DNA from: Salinivirgaceae bacterium
Lineage (GTDB): Bacteria > Bacteroidota > Bacteroidia > Bacteroidales > SZUA-534
Assembly: GCA_024405635.1 (NCBI GenBank)
Contig: JAKSOL010000003.1
Coordinates: 124,046-188,045 of the forward strand
DNA: 64,000 bases
Direction of reading: 5' to 3'
Shown: piece by piece, positions 29,529 to 40,178 of the stretch
Layout: every line of letters starts with the position of its first letter
How positions within the stretch are numbered: position 1 is the stretch's first letter
Made by a program: the position numbers and the translations under genes
Notes under the pieces: generated by a model
What the model saw: the letters and a program-made list of their open reading frames with translations, nothing else
The model's database searches: none
Told to the model about the DNA's origin: nothing

Positions 29529-30715
29529 TGAACAACTTTGTTAAAATAATACTAAAGTCGGGCAAGGAACAATCGGTTCGACGCTTGCATCCTTGGATTT
29601 TTTCGGGCGCAATAAAACAAATACTTGGAGCCCCAACTGAAGGCGATGTGGTTGAGGTTTATGACAATCACAACGAATTTTTGGCTCTAGGTCACTACCA
29701 ACCAAGTTCAATAGCTGTGCGCATTTTTTCGTTTGAAAAAGTTGAACTTGATAGAAACTACTGGAAAAACAAAATAGCAAGCGCCATTGAGTGTCGCCGT
29801 AAATTGGGCTTTTTTGATGCTCCCGATACAAATGTCTTTCGCCTTGTTCATGGCGAGGGCGATGGTTTGCCTGGACTTGTAATTGATTACTACAATGGTA
29901 CTGCAGTTTTTCAAGCACACTCGGCGGGCATGTATAATTTGCGTAACGATGTTGCTCAAATTCTTGTGGAGTTGTTAGGCGATAAAATAAATGCAGTTTA
30001 CGACAAAAGTTCGCAAACACTTCCGTTTAAGGCAGGTCTTGAGCCTGTTGACGGTTATTTGTACGGCAATTTGAGTCAAAACATTGTTGTTGAACATGGC
30101 AACAAGTTTGAAATAGATTGGGAGAAAGGACAAAAAACAGGCTTCTTTATTGATCAACGTGAAAACCGTCGTCTTTTGGGCGAGTATTCGCGAGGCAAAA
30201 AGGTTTGTAACATTTTTGGATATACTGGAGGTTTTAGCATCTACGCACTTAAAGCTGGTGCCGAATTGGTGCACACAGTTGATGCGTCAAAACTAGCTAT
30301 TGATCTTACCGACCGAAATGTTGAAATAAACTTTGGCAATAGTGTTAACCACAAAGGCTTTGCAATGGATGCTTTTGATTTTCTATCGCAATCAACTGAA
30401 AAATACGATGTTATAATACTTGACCCACCTGCATTTGCAAAGCACCAAAAAAATTTGAACAATGCGCTTAATGGTTACAAGCGAATTAACCAACGTGCGC
30501 TTGAGCAAATTGCTCATGGGGGAATTCTTTTTACATTCTCATGTTCGCAGGCTGTTGATAAGGAGGATTTCCGAAAAGCTGTTTTTGCTGCGTCGGTTAA
30601 TGCAAAACGTAACGTTCGTATATTACATTTCCTTTCGCAACCAATTGACCATCCAATAAGCATGTTTCATCCTGAGAGCGAGTACCTTAAAGGGTTGGTT
30701 CTTTACGTTGATTAA
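29528..30715 (+). CDS. rlmI: RlmI-like rRNA m5C methyltransferase
   Basis: HPWIFSGAI PUA domain, GQKTGFFIDQRENR, LDPPAF, TFSCS, YLKG. Confidence 0.88.
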   Translation: MNNFVKIILKSGKEQSVRRLHPWIFSGAIKQILGAPTEGDVVEVYDNHNEFLALGHYQPSSIAVRIFSFEKVELDRNYWKNKIASAIECRRKLGFFDAPDTNVFRLVHGEGDGLPGLVIDYYNGTAVFQAHSAGMYNLRNDVAQILVELLGDKINAVYDKSSQTLPFKAGLEPVDGYLYGNLSQNIVVEHGNKFEIDWEKGQKTGFFIDQRENRRLLGEYSRGKKVCNIFGYTGGFSIYALKAGAELVHTVDASKLAIDLTDRNVEINFGNSVNHKGFAMDAFDFLSQSTEKYDVIILDPPAFAKHQKNLNNALNGYKRINQRALEQIAHGGILFTFSCSQAVDKEDFRKAVFAASVNAKRNVRILHFLSQPIDHPISMFHPESEYLKGLVLYVD

Positions 30716-30726
30716 AAATGAATTAT

Positions 30727-30768
30727 AAAAAAAGAGGTGTTGTTAGTAATTTACAACACCTCTTTTTT
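30727..30768. terminator. Bidirectional terminator
   Basis: AAAAAGAGGTGTTGT/ACAACACCTCTTTTT stem. Confidence 0.8.
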
Positions 30769-30779
30769 GTTCCTAATTG

Positions 30780-32192
30780 TTAGTTTATCAGCGTTTTATA
30801 TATTCTGTAACGTTCCATAATGCTGCGAACAAAGTTGTAGGTTTCAATGCCGCGGCAATAACCATTTCTAACAAGTTCGGGGTCGTAGTATTGGTTGTCT
30901 GATTTGTGTAGCAAAAAATAGTCAACATTTCCGTCCCACACTTGCGGATTGTATCCATTAGCACGCGCAACACGTTGAGCATCAAATATATGTCCTAGCC
31001 CAATGTTGTACGCTGCTAATACAAATTTTATGCGTTCGTTTTGGTCTGGAACGCTATCTTGCAGTTGCTTATCAATCCATTTTAGGAATTTAGCACCAGC
31101 CTTAAGGTTAGCCTCGGGAGTCGATTCTTCGTCAACTCCATAGCGTTGAGCGGTTTCGGGCATCAGTTGCATCAAACCAAAAGCTCCAGCCCACGATATA
31201 GCATCGGCATTGAACCTCGATTCTTGGTAAACCAATGAAGCAAACAATCGCCAGTCCCAATTTATAATCTTGCTACATTTTTTTATTTCGTCATCGTAAA
31301 CCGAAATGTTACCGCCTTTAAACGATAGATATGGGCTTTGAGCGCGTTTAACGGTTTTGGGGTCGCGGAAATACTTTTCGTATAGAATGGCATATTTTGG
31401 CGATTTTTTTATTTTGGTAATCCATTCATTTACAGCGTCTAACAACTGTGGGTTGTTTTTGTTTACAGCCCATGCCATATTTTGAGGCAGCGATGCTATG
31501 GTTGAAATATCGAGAGTGGGATAGTAGGTTTTATTAACTAGTGCCACTTCTTGGTCAGTAATGCAATAGTCAATGTCGTTGTTAACCACTTGCCAAATAA
31601 GTTGTTCCGAGTCTATATTGTCAACTTCAACAATGTTTATGCTGTCGCCAATTTCGGTTTCAATGTTGCGTAAACGAGCAGCAAACGACGAATTTTTAAC
31701 TACATGAATGGTTTTTTGAGCCATGTCAAGTGTTGATTTAATATGTCCGCCACCTTTATAATCGGGATTGTATTTGGCACGTTGTTTATCGGTTAGTTGC
31801 ACTAATATTTGCTGAGTTTGGCTTATTGGTTGGGTGAAATTAACCAACTTTTGTCGCTCCGATGTTATTGTTAGGTTGATGGCCAAAAGGTCGCACTCGT
31901 TGTTAATTAGCATGTCAAACGATTGCTGAAGGTTGTTGCTTACGTGAATTTCCAAATCAAGGTCAAGTTCGGCAGCCAGGTCTTTTAGCAGTTCGTACTG
32001 ATAGCCCATAGGTGTACCGCGGTAAATGAAGTAACTTATTGAGTTAAAGTCGGTTAGCGCAATAAGTTTGCCGCGTTTTTGAATAGCGTCCAAATCGGTG
32101 CTTGTGGTATTGTTAGTTTGGTGGTTGTTGCACGAAACGAGTAACACCGCCATCAAAAACAATAGTATGTTGCCAATTCTTTTCATTGTCAT
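30780..32192 (-). CDS. mltF: MltF-like lytic transglycosylase lipoprotein (SBP plus SLT domains)
   Basis: Lipobox LVSC; YQESRF, GAFGLMQLMP, AAYNIGLGH; ATG at 32192 or 32186. Confidence 0.85.
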   Translation of the reverse strand: MTMKRIGNILLFLMAVLLVSCNNHQTNNTTSTDLDAIQKRGKLIALTDFNSISYFIYRGTPMGYQYELLKDLAAELDLDLEIHVSNNLQQSFDMLINNECDLLAINLTITSERQKLVNFTQPISQTQQILVQLTDKQRAKYNPDYKGGGHIKSTLDMAQKTIHVVKNSSFAARLRNIETEIGDSINIVEVDNIDSEQLIWQVVNNDIDYCITDQEVALVNKTYYPTLDISTIASLPQNMAWAVNKNNPQLLDAVNEWITKIKKSPKYAILYEKYFRDPKTVKRAQSPYLSFKGGNISVYDDEIKKCSKIINWDWRLFASLVYQESRFNADAISWAGAFGLMQLMPETAQRYGVDEESTPEANLKAGAKFLKWIDKQLQDSVPDQNERIKFVLAAYNIGLGHIFDAQRVARANGYNPQVWDGNVDYFLLHKSDNQYYDPELVRNGYCRGIETYNFVRSIMERYRIYKTLIN

Positions 32193-32309
32193 AAACAACT
32201 GATGCTTAAAATTACGCAAATCTACTGAAACCTGCAAATTCCTATTGCAAAACATGCCTTTAGCGCACCATATTATAATTACCTTCGCTCCCATTACTGA
32301 TTAATAATT

Positions 32310-32894
32310 ATGCAGATGCTTAACTTGATTTTTGCCACTCATAACAATCATAAATTGCAGGAAGTGGCACAATTGCTTGGTGATAAAATACAACTCCAAA
32401 GTCTTGATAATGTGAATATTACTGAGGATATTCCTGAAACTGCAAATACACTTGAGGGAAATGCTCGGCAAAAAGCGCATTACATTTTTGACCGAACAGG
32501 AGCTAACGTGTTTGCCGACGATACAGGTCTTGAAGTTGAGGCGCTTGGAGGTGAACCTGGAGTTTTTTCGGCTCGGTATGCTGGGCCCGCTTGCAATTCG
32601 GCCGATAACATTACAAAATTGCTAAAAAACTTGAACGGCGTACAAAATCGCAATGCCCGTTTTCGTACAGTTATTTGTCTAATACTCAACGGAAAAGAGT
32701 ATTTGTTTGAGGGCATTGTTAATGGTAGAATTATTGAAAACCTAGTTGGTGATGCAGGGTTTGGTTATGACCCGGTTTTTGTTCCTGATGGTTACAATGA
32801 AACTTTTGCTCAAATGTCGATGCAGTTAAAAAATAGCATTAGCCATCGCGGTAGAGCTATAGCTGAGTTGTGCACTTTTTTGAAAAACTTGTAG
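32310..32894 (+). CDS. rdgB: Non-canonical purine NTP pyrophosphatase
   Basis: FATHNNHK, ADDTGL, PGVFSAR, GFGYDP, KN.ISHR. Confidence 0.95.
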   Translation: MQMLNLIFATHNNHKLQEVAQLLGDKIQLQSLDNVNITEDIPETANTLEGNARQKAHYIFDRTGANVFADDTGLEVEALGGEPGVFSARYAGPACNSADNITKLLKNLNGVQNRNARFRTVICLILNGKEYLFEGIVNGRIIENLVGDAGFGYDPVFVPDGYNETFAQMSMQLKNSISHRGRAIAELCTFLKNL

Positions 32895-32901
32895 TTGGTC
32901 G

Positions 32902-35169
32902 ATGAAAAAACTTGTCTTGCTTATAGTATTGACCGTCAGCGCTTTGTGTCATTCATTTGCGCAGGTTGAACCAACCTCGTGGCGCGACCATTTGTGCTAT
33001 CGTGTAGCAAACTCGGTGGCCATAGCTGACCATAAGGTTTATTGTGCAACAGAGCAAGGCTTGTTCTACTACGATATTGACGACTATTCTTTAAATCGGC
33101 TTACTCCAATTCAAGGCCTTTCCGATTTGGGAATAGGTTATATTGCTTATTCGCAAAGTGCTGAAAAACTGGTGGTTGGCTATTCAGACGGAAACATTGA
33201 TTTAATTGATAAAAAAGGCTCAGTTATTAATATGCCCGACTTGTACGAAAAAGATCTTTCAATTGCCAAACAGTTGAATCACATTAATATTGAAGGAAAC
33301 TTGGCTTATTTGTCGTACAATTTTGGGCTCACTGCTATTAATCTTAATCGTAGCGAATTTACAGATACGTATATTCTTGGCGAAAACGGTAACTATGAAA
33401 AAGTTTTGGGCTCGGCTGTGTATAAAGGAAAAATTTATGCCTTTACTCAAAACGGAATTTTGCAAGGCGATTTGAGTAATCCTTTTCTGAGCGACCGAAA
33501 AAACTGGAATCAAGTAACTGTCATTGCGCATCCAGATGCAAAATATACTTCGGGTTGTGTTTTTGACAATAAGTTATTGGTTAACTGCGAGTTGGATGAT
33601 GGTAGCGTGTGCGAAGTTTCGGCCTTCGATGGCGAAAAATGGACTGTAGTTATTGAAAACGAACCCAACATAAAATCAATTAATAGCAATGGAAACTTGT
33701 TGGTGGTTGCTAAAGCCGCAACGGTTGATGTGCTTGATACTAAGTATAATGTGGTTAGTTCAATGGATGATAAAACTGGAGTGATGGGAATTGCTACTGA
33801 TGCAAAAACTTTGTGGTATGCAAGTTCGTATCATGGATTATGTCGTCTTAAAAGCGGCAGTTGGACAGTGTATTTTCCATCGGGACCAATAACTAGTCAT
33901 GCGTATGGTGTTGTTTATATTGGTGGAAGTTTGATGCTTGCGCCTGGTGGAATGCTAGCTACTGGCGAAGGCACTTGGTTTCAACCTGATATCTGTGTGT
34001 ATAAAAATGACAATTGGGCCACAGTTGATAGCGATAAAATTCCTAGTAGCGTTAGCAATATTGTGGGCTTTGCAGGCAATGGAAACGATAATCATTATTA
34101 TGCATCGGCTTGGCGTTGCGGATTAATTGAGGTTGATGGTGACGAAGTGCGTTTTTTCAATAGCGACAACACTAATAACATTCTAGGAAATAATGTTGCA
34201 GCTTGTGCTTTTGATAAAGATGCAAATCTTTGGATAGCAAGTTCATACACCAGTAATGGACTTGTGGTTAAAACAAAAGATGGTAGCTGGTTTAACTTTG
34301 ATTACACTAAAAATTTTACTCAAGTTCAACTTAATACGCTAACACATACTTCAACCGACGATTTTTGGCTTGCAAGCAGTAGAGGTAATGGCATTTTGGT
34401 TTGGAATGCAAATGCTACTCCTGCTGATGGGGTTGATGATAAGTGTTTGTTTTTTGTGCCGAAAAACATTGAAGGTGAGGCATTTGATACTCGCATCAAT
34501 ACCATTGCTGAAGACAAAAATGGTGAGATTTGGGTGGGAAGTTCGCAAGGAGTTTATGTTTTTCGTTCGCCAAAAAAAATTCTGAATGGCGATAATTTTT
34601 ATGCTCAGCGGCCACAGATGGTTGTCGATGGTTATTATCAGGATTTACTTGGAACAGAAAATGTTACAGCCATTGTGGTTGATGGCGGTAATCGCAAATG
34701 GATTGGAACCGAAAAACATGGTTTGTTTGTGGTGAGCGACGATGGAACAACTCAATTAGCTCAATATACAAAGCAAAATTCATACTTGTTGTCCGATAAC
34801 ATTATGTCGTTGGCGTGGGATTCTGATTTAGGTTGGTTGTACATTGTTACCGACAAAGGTTTGCAGTCGGTTCGCATTTCGTCAACGCAGCGGCATTCTG
34901 AATATACAAACGTTTTTGCTTTCCCCAATCCAGTTGAGCCAAACTACAACGGTTACGTAACAATCAGAGGCCTGATTGACGAATCGGTTGTTAAAGTGAC
35001 TGATTTGTCGGGAAACCTTGTATATGAGACAATTAGTAACGGTGGCGATGCTTTTTGGAATCTAAAAAACATGGCGGGCGATGATGTCGCTACAGGTATT
35101 TATCTTATTCATTGCGCAACTGCCGACGGCCAACATTCTGCGGTAACTAAAGTGAATGTAGTTAGGTAG
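32902..35169 (+). CDS. porZ: PorZ-like T9SS beta-propeller protein
   Basis: WRDHL N-terminus, VDGGNRKWIGT, C-terminal VFAFPNPV...G.YL T9SS domain; directly upstream of recO. Confidence 0.85.
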   Translation: MKKLVLLIVLTVSALCHSFAQVEPTSWRDHLCYRVANSVAIADHKVYCATEQGLFYYDIDDYSLNRLTPIQGLSDLGIGYIAYSQSAEKLVVGYSDGNIDLIDKKGSVINMPDLYEKDLSIAKQLNHINIEGNLAYLSYNFGLTAINLNRSEFTDTYILGENGNYEKVLGSAVYKGKIYAFTQNGILQGDLSNPFLSDRKNWNQVTVIAHPDAKYTSGCVFDNKLLVNCELDDGSVCEVSAFDGEKWTVVIENEPNIKSINSNGNLLVVAKAATVDVLDTKYNVVSSMDDKTGVMGIATDAKTLWYASSYHGLCRLKSGSWTVYFPSGPITSHAYGVVYIGGSLMLAPGGMLATGEGTWFQPDICVYKNDNWATVDSDKIPSSVSNIVGFAGNGNDNHYYASAWRCGLIEVDGDEVRFFNSDNTNNILGNNVAACAFDKDANLWIASSYTSNGLVVKTKDGSWFNFDYTKNFTQVQLNTLTHTSTDDFWLASSRGNGILVWNANATPADGVDDKCLFFVPKNIEGEAFDTRINTIAEDKNGEIWVGSSQGVYVFRSPKKILNGDNFYAQRPQMVVDGYYQDLLGTENVTAIVVDGGNRKWIGTEKHGLFVVSDDGTTQLAQYTKQNSYLLSDNIMSLAWDSDLGWLYIVTDKGLQSVRISSTQRHSEYTNVFAFPNPVEPNYNGYVTIRGLIDESVVKVTDLSGNLVYETISNGGDAFWNLKNMAGDDVATGIYLIHCATADGQHSAVTKVNVVR

Positions 35170-35171
35170 TT

Positions 35172-35888
35172 ATGGTTACAGCCGATAGAATTATAGTGCT
35201 CAAGTACGTAAAGTATTCCGACTCGTCGATTATTGTTCAAGCTTTGTCGCAAAAGCATGGGCGGGTGTCGCTTATGGTGAGTGGTTTAGGTAAAAACCGA
35301 ACAAAACTTGGTGCTTTTCATCCGCTTGCGTTGCTTGATGCGGTTTATAGTTATCGCGAAGACCGACAAGTGCAACGTTTGAGCGAATATAAACCTAATC
35401 CACTATTGGCCAATTGTACAACCGATTTGCGTAAAAGTACTCAACTAATGTTTTTGGCCGAGGTTGTGGGTAAAAGTGTAATGCCCGAAACTCCCGATAG
35501 TCTTGTATTCGCTTTTGTTGAGCAATCGATAATGATGCTTGAAGAAATGGAAAAAGGCTTGGCTGAATTTCACATAGCTTTTTTGGTTAAACTGAGCCAA
35601 TTTTTGGGTTTTCACCCGGGACAAGAATCTGTTGATATGCCGTTTTTTGATCTCACTCTTGGGCATGGCGTTGAAATACGACCACATCATAAACATTATA
35701 TCGGCAACGACCTGTTTAAGAAAATGTATAGGTATTTCGGTTTGAAATATAGCGAATTGGATGTTTGTCCTTTGTCAAAGACTGACCGCGATTTTTTGCT
35801 TGATGTGGTTGTTATGTGGTATGCCAACAACATTGTTTCAATGGCCGACATAAACTCACACGAAATTCTGCATCAAGTGTTTAATTAG
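35172..35888 (+). CDS. recO: DNA repair protein RecO
   Basis: IVLKYVKYSDSSIIV...HGRVS OB fold; FLGF.P; FFDL..G. Confidence 0.88.
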   Translation: MVTADRIIVLKYVKYSDSSIIVQALSQKHGRVSLMVSGLGKNRTKLGAFHPLALLDAVYSYREDRQVQRLSEYKPNPLLANCTTDLRKSTQLMFLAEVVGKSVMPETPDSLVFAFVEQSIMMLEEMEKGLAEFHIAFLVKLSQFLGFHPGQESVDMPFFDLTLGHGVEIRPHHKHYIGNDLFKKMYRYFGLKYSELDVCPLSKTDRDFLLDVVVMWYANNIVSMADINSHEILHQVFN

Positions 35889-36747
35889 TTTCTTTGTCGT
35901 TAAAAATGCACTCCTTGCGAGTTGTGCACCATGTTCCAAAGTAGCCAACTCCATTAACAATGTTGGTGGCAATGTTGCTGGCTGGTCCACTAAAGAATGG
36001 CGATTCGCCTTGTATCTCCGATTTTGATTGCGATATAAAATCGTATAGCCCTTTTTCAATTCGTCCCACTATCAAAGTAAGAGTGTCGCCATCGAAAACC
36101 AAACCCTCCATATCTTCAATTAATTCTTCTGGAATGCTTGAGGCAACAATAAGCGTTGCTATTCCTGCAACCATACGTTCGCCAATATAATTGTTGCTCA
36201 TTAAGCCCCATTGACTCATTTGGGGGTTTATAATAGAGTCGTTTATAGCAAGTTGAACCATAAATTGCTCTTTTACATTAGTGTTGTTTTGTGCTTCCAT
36301 AGTTACAATTGCCATTTCGATGCCCATTATCGGTTGCTTTGTAACATAAAGAGTATCAACAATATAAGGCTCAAGTCCGGTTGTTTCAGCCGAAATGTGT
36401 TTTGTTTTGCCGTTGTCGGTATAATCAATTGATAAACTGTAAGTTATGCCTTCTTTTGCGGCAAAGGCTGTTTTGCTTATATAATTTCCACTTTCATCAA
36501 ATTCAAATTCATAAACATCGCCTTCTGATGTTGTTACGGTAACATCTGCATTTTCAACAGGAAGGTTGTCGTTGTTTGAAAAATATTTGGCAGTATGATA
36601 AATTTCAATTTTTTGATTTTCAACCTCATACGATATAATGCCGAAAACGGAAACAGAACTGGAAACCCCAACAGGATCGAGTTCAATGCGTTTGGTGCAT
36701 GCTGAAACAATGATGCAGCAAATGGCTAATATTGAGAGTCTTTTCAT
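35881..36747 (-). CDS. DUF4249-like lipoprotein
   Basis: Lipobox VSAC; P.NI.TNI.NG.GYF C-terminus; follows a TonB receptor. Confidence 0.8.
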   Translation of the reverse strand: MKRLSILAICCIIVSACTKRIELDPVGVSSSVSVFGIISYEVENQKIEIYHTAKYFSNNDNLPVENADVTVTTSEGDVYEFEFDESGNYISKTAFAAKEGITYSLSIDYTDNGKTKHISAETTGLEPYIVDTLYVTKQPIMGIEMAIVTMEAQNNTNVKEQFMVQLAINDSIINPQMSQWGLMSNNYIGERMVAGIATLIVASSIPEELIEDMEGLVFDGDTLTLIVGRIEKGLYDFISQSKSEIQGESPFFSGPASNIATNIVNGVGYFGTWCTTRKECIFNDKETN

Positions 36748-36752
36748 TGTTT

Positions 36753-39077
36753 TTAAAATTTGAAGTTATAAGCCACCGAAGGAACAATTCCAAATAGGTA
36801 AATCATTTCGGCATAAGGAGTTCCGTTGTCTTGTTTGTATTGTATAACCCAAGGGTTGCGGTGATTGTAAACATTAATAATAGCAAAGTTCCACTCGCCA
36901 TGCCACCTGTTGTTACGTTCGGGATGCGGAACCAATGTCCACGAAATGTCAAGTCGGTGGTTGTTTGGTTTGCGGTCGGTGTTTCGGTTTGAATAAATGG
37001 GCAAGTACTCGTCGCCAACTTTAAATCGGGCCGACGGATAAGTGGTAGGTGTGCCTGTTGCGTAGGTCCACGATAAGCTGAACGTGTGCCGAGCCGAATA
37101 CTCATATACTGCCGAAATGGCGAAACTATGTGTGCGGTCGTAAGGCGACAAGTACCATTTGTTGTTGTTTACTTGGTTTATGCAGCGTTCCGATTTTGAA
37201 AGTGTGTAGTTTGCAAAACCGGTTAGTCGGCCTTGAGTTTTGTTAACAGAAAGTTCCAATCCGTAGGCTCGTCCTTTGCCTATGCGAATTTCGCCTTCAA
37301 GTTTATCGTTGAGCATAAGGTTCGAGTGGTCGGCAAAGTCAACCACGTTGTGTTGTTGTTTGTAGTATACCTCGGCCGATGCGGTCCATTTGTTCCACGA
37401 ACCAAAGTATCCAATTGCGCCCATGTCTGAAGTTTGTGGCTTTATGTTGGGCGATGCAGGAAACCAAATGTCAACAGGCGAGCCAGCCGATGAATTGTTG
37501 GCTAGTTGCAAGTACTGAGCGTTGCGTGCATAACTAGCTTTAATTGAATTGTTTTCGTTTATGTTGAATACCAAGCCAGCTCGCGGTTCGGGATTGATGT
37601 ATGTGTTGTATATTTTGCCAGAACCGTATGTTATTGTGTCAACAACCTCATAATCATCGTTATACGTATATACATCGGCCTTGCCTATGTTTTGAAAAAC
37701 AGATAGTCTGATGCCATATCTTATTGACAACATTTCGTTAATTTGATGCTCGGCGCTAGCAAATACACCCGATTCTAATGCTTTGTTTTTCTGTAAATTA
37801 ATATCAAGTGCTTCGGTAGTTTTTTGCCAAGCGTGGCCAGGTTGAAATTGATGGAAAGTACCTTGTACTCCATATTCAATTTTTGTGTTGTCAAGAATGT
37901 TGAAAAAATCGGCTCTAAGAGAATAGTCGCGCAAGTCTGCCTCAATACCTGCTTCTATTTCGCCTAAACTAGCCACCATTGAGTAACTATAATCGCTTAT
38001 TGCAAATGTGGTTTTAATCGATTGATGGTCAGATAAATAGCTCATAAGAGTGGCGCTTGCAGTGCTGTTGCCGTATTTAAATTCTCCAATTTTCATTGCT
38101 AGTTTATCTTTTCCTAAATATCCATTGATAGTCAGCGTGTTACGGTCGTTTATGCGGTGAACTATGCCAGCATTTAAGTCGTAGAAGAACAATTTGGTTT
38201 GGCGCAGTTCTTTGTTTAGCGACATTTTTAGAAACAAATCGAGATACGACCTGCGTCCACCAAGTATAATGCTTGTATTTGAACCAATTGGAATATCGGT
38301 TGACAATCGCGACGACAATAACCCAATGCCACCATTAACGTGCCATTTTTGAGGAATATCGTGGCGAGTTTGAACATCGAGTAGCGATGACAACCTGCCG
38401 CCATAGCGCAAAGGCAAGTCTCCTTTGTAAAGAGTTACATCGCTCACAACATCGTTGTTAAAGGTTGAAAAGAAACCCAACAGGTGCGATGGATTGTAAA
38501 CGGTTGCTTCGTCAATTAGAATTAAGTTTTGGTCGGTGCCGCCACCGCGCACGCTATAGCCTGAGCTACCTTCGCTTGCTGCCAACACACCAGGCATCAT
38601 TTGTATTGATTTTAGCACGTCAACCTCGCCCAACACCGCTGGCATGCTTTTTATTTGTTTAGGCGACAACCGCTCAACTCCAGTAGTTGTGCTACGTAGG
38701 TGTTCGCGTTGAGCTGCCGAAATGGTTACTTCTTGCAAGTTGTGGTTTTCTGATTCCAACCGTATTGTAACTGCTTTGCCTGCTGTAGCCTTTACAATTT
38801 GCTTTACGTAACCCATGTAATTCACTACCAACGATATTGAAGACTCAGGGTTCGAAAATTTAAAACGTCCGTTAATGTCGGTAACCGTACCCAATGTGGT
38901 TCCTTCAATTTGTACGGTGGCAAAACTCAAAACTTCGCCAGTTTCAGAGTCTATTACTTGTCCCGAATAGTTGTATGTGTTTTTTTGAGCCCAAGTTTGG
39001 CTAATAAATAATACAAAAATTAGCAAAAAACTCAGTACTATTTTGTTAATATTCAATAAGTTAATTGTTGTTTTCAT
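36753..39077 (-). CDS. TonB-dependent receptor with CarboxypepD_reg-like N-terminus
   Basis: GQVID.ETGE.L, PAVLGEVDVLK, VRGG..DQN, C-terminal YNFKF; ATG at 39077. Confidence 0.92.
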   Translation of the reverse strand: MKTTINLLNINKIVLSFLLIFVLFISQTWAQKNTYNYSGQVIDSETGEVLSFATVQIEGTTLGTVTDINGRFKFSNPESSISLVVNYMGYVKQIVKATAGKAVTIRLESENHNLQEVTISAAQREHLRSTTTGVERLSPKQIKSMPAVLGEVDVLKSIQMMPGVLAASEGSSGYSVRGGGTDQNLILIDEATVYNPSHLLGFFSTFNNDVVSDVTLYKGDLPLRYGGRLSSLLDVQTRHDIPQKWHVNGGIGLLSSRLSTDIPIGSNTSIILGGRRSYLDLFLKMSLNKELRQTKLFFYDLNAGIVHRINDRNTLTINGYLGKDKLAMKIGEFKYGNSTASATLMSYLSDHQSIKTTFAISDYSYSMVASLGEIEAGIEADLRDYSLRADFFNILDNTKIEYGVQGTFHQFQPGHAWQKTTEALDINLQKNKALESGVFASAEHQINEMLSIRYGIRLSVFQNIGKADVYTYNDDYEVVDTITYGSGKIYNTYINPEPRAGLVFNINENNSIKASYARNAQYLQLANNSSAGSPVDIWFPASPNIKPQTSDMGAIGYFGSWNKWTASAEVYYKQQHNVVDFADHSNLMLNDKLEGEIRIGKGRAYGLELSVNKTQGRLTGFANYTLSKSERCINQVNNNKWYLSPYDRTHSFAISAVYEYSARHTFSLSWTYATGTPTTYPSARFKVGDEYLPIYSNRNTDRKPNNHRLDISWTLVPHPERNNRWHGEWNFAIINVYNHRNPWVIQYKQDNGTPYAEMIYLFGIVPSVAYNFKF

Positions 39078-39224
39078 TGCTATTGATTGTCGCGCAAAAA
39101 TAAGCTTTAATTTACTTTTCACAATCTTGTTAAGTAATCTATAAACGTATAACTAAAGCATTTGTTGCTAGCTTTTTTTGTGCAGTAACAAATCTTATCT
39201 TTGCGAATCAAAATCAAATAATAC

Positions 39225-40166
39225 GTGGAAAAAGGTTTAGTGATAAAATCTACCGGAAGTTGGTATTTAGTTAAAACCGAACGAGGTATAGTTGAATGCC
39301 GAATCCGCGGAAAATTGCGTACAAAAGGACTGCGTACCACCAATCCAATTGCCGTAGGCGACCACGTGCTTTTTGAACTTGAAGATAATGGTAATGGCTT
39401 GATTAGCAGTATTGAAGAACGTAAAAATTACATAATACGCAAATCAACAAATTTGTCGAAACAAGCTCACATTTTGGCCGCTAATCTCGATTTGGCAGTA
39501 ATTGTGGTTACCTTAACCAGCCCGCGTACCTACCAACAATTTATCGATCGTTTTCTTGTCACAGCCGAGGCTTATCGCATTCCTGTGCTCATCGTTTTCA
39601 ACAAAATCGATTTGTTTGACGAAGACTTGAAAATGGAATTGTGGTACATGATGGATATGTATAAAAAGATTGGCTATCAATGTATTGCGGTGTCGATTAA
39701 AAATCAGCAGAATACCGAGGAGTTGCGTCAACTTCTTAAAGGAAAAATCAGTTTAGTTGCAGGGCATTCGGGTGTTGGCAAATCATCGTTGCTCAATTTG
39801 CTTAACCCTCAGTTGAATGTTAAAACGGCTGCTGTATCTGAAAGTCACGACAGCGGAATGCATACAACCACGTTCCCCGAAATGCATCAAATTGACAACG
39901 AGACTTGGGTTATTGACTCTCCAGGTATCAAAGGTTTTGGTGTTTTAGAAGTTGATAAATCGGAATTGTACCATTATTTTCCTGAAATATTTGCCATTTC
40001 AGCCGATTGCCAATTTAATAACTGCACACACACTCACGAACCTAAATGCGCTGTGAAACAGGCAGTTGACAATGGACAAATTAATCCTTTTCGCTACGAT
40101 AGCTACCTTAATATTTTGAACGATGAGGATGAAGAAAAATATCGGCAAGGCGATTCTGATTACTAA
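39225..40166 (+). CDS. rsgA: Ribosome small subunit-dependent GTPase A
   Basis: NKID, GHSGVGKSS, HTTT, DSPG, C.F.NCTH.HEP.C. Confidence 0.96.
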   Translation: MEKGLVIKSTGSWYLVKTERGIVECRIRGKLRTKGLRTTNPIAVGDHVLFELEDNGNGLISSIEERKNYIIRKSTNLSKQAHILAANLDLAVIVVTLTSPRTYQQFIDRFLVTAEAYRIPVLIVFNKIDLFDEDLKMELWYMMDMYKKIGYQCIAVSIKNQQNTEELRQLLKGKISLVAGHSGVGKSSLLNLLNPQLNVKTAAVSESHDSGMHTTTFPEMHQIDNETWVIDSPGIKGFGVLEVDKSELYHYFPEIFAISADCQFNNCTHTHEPKCAVKQAVDNGQINPFRYDSYLNILNDEDEEKYRQGDSDY

Positions 40167-40178
40167 TTGAATAAAGTT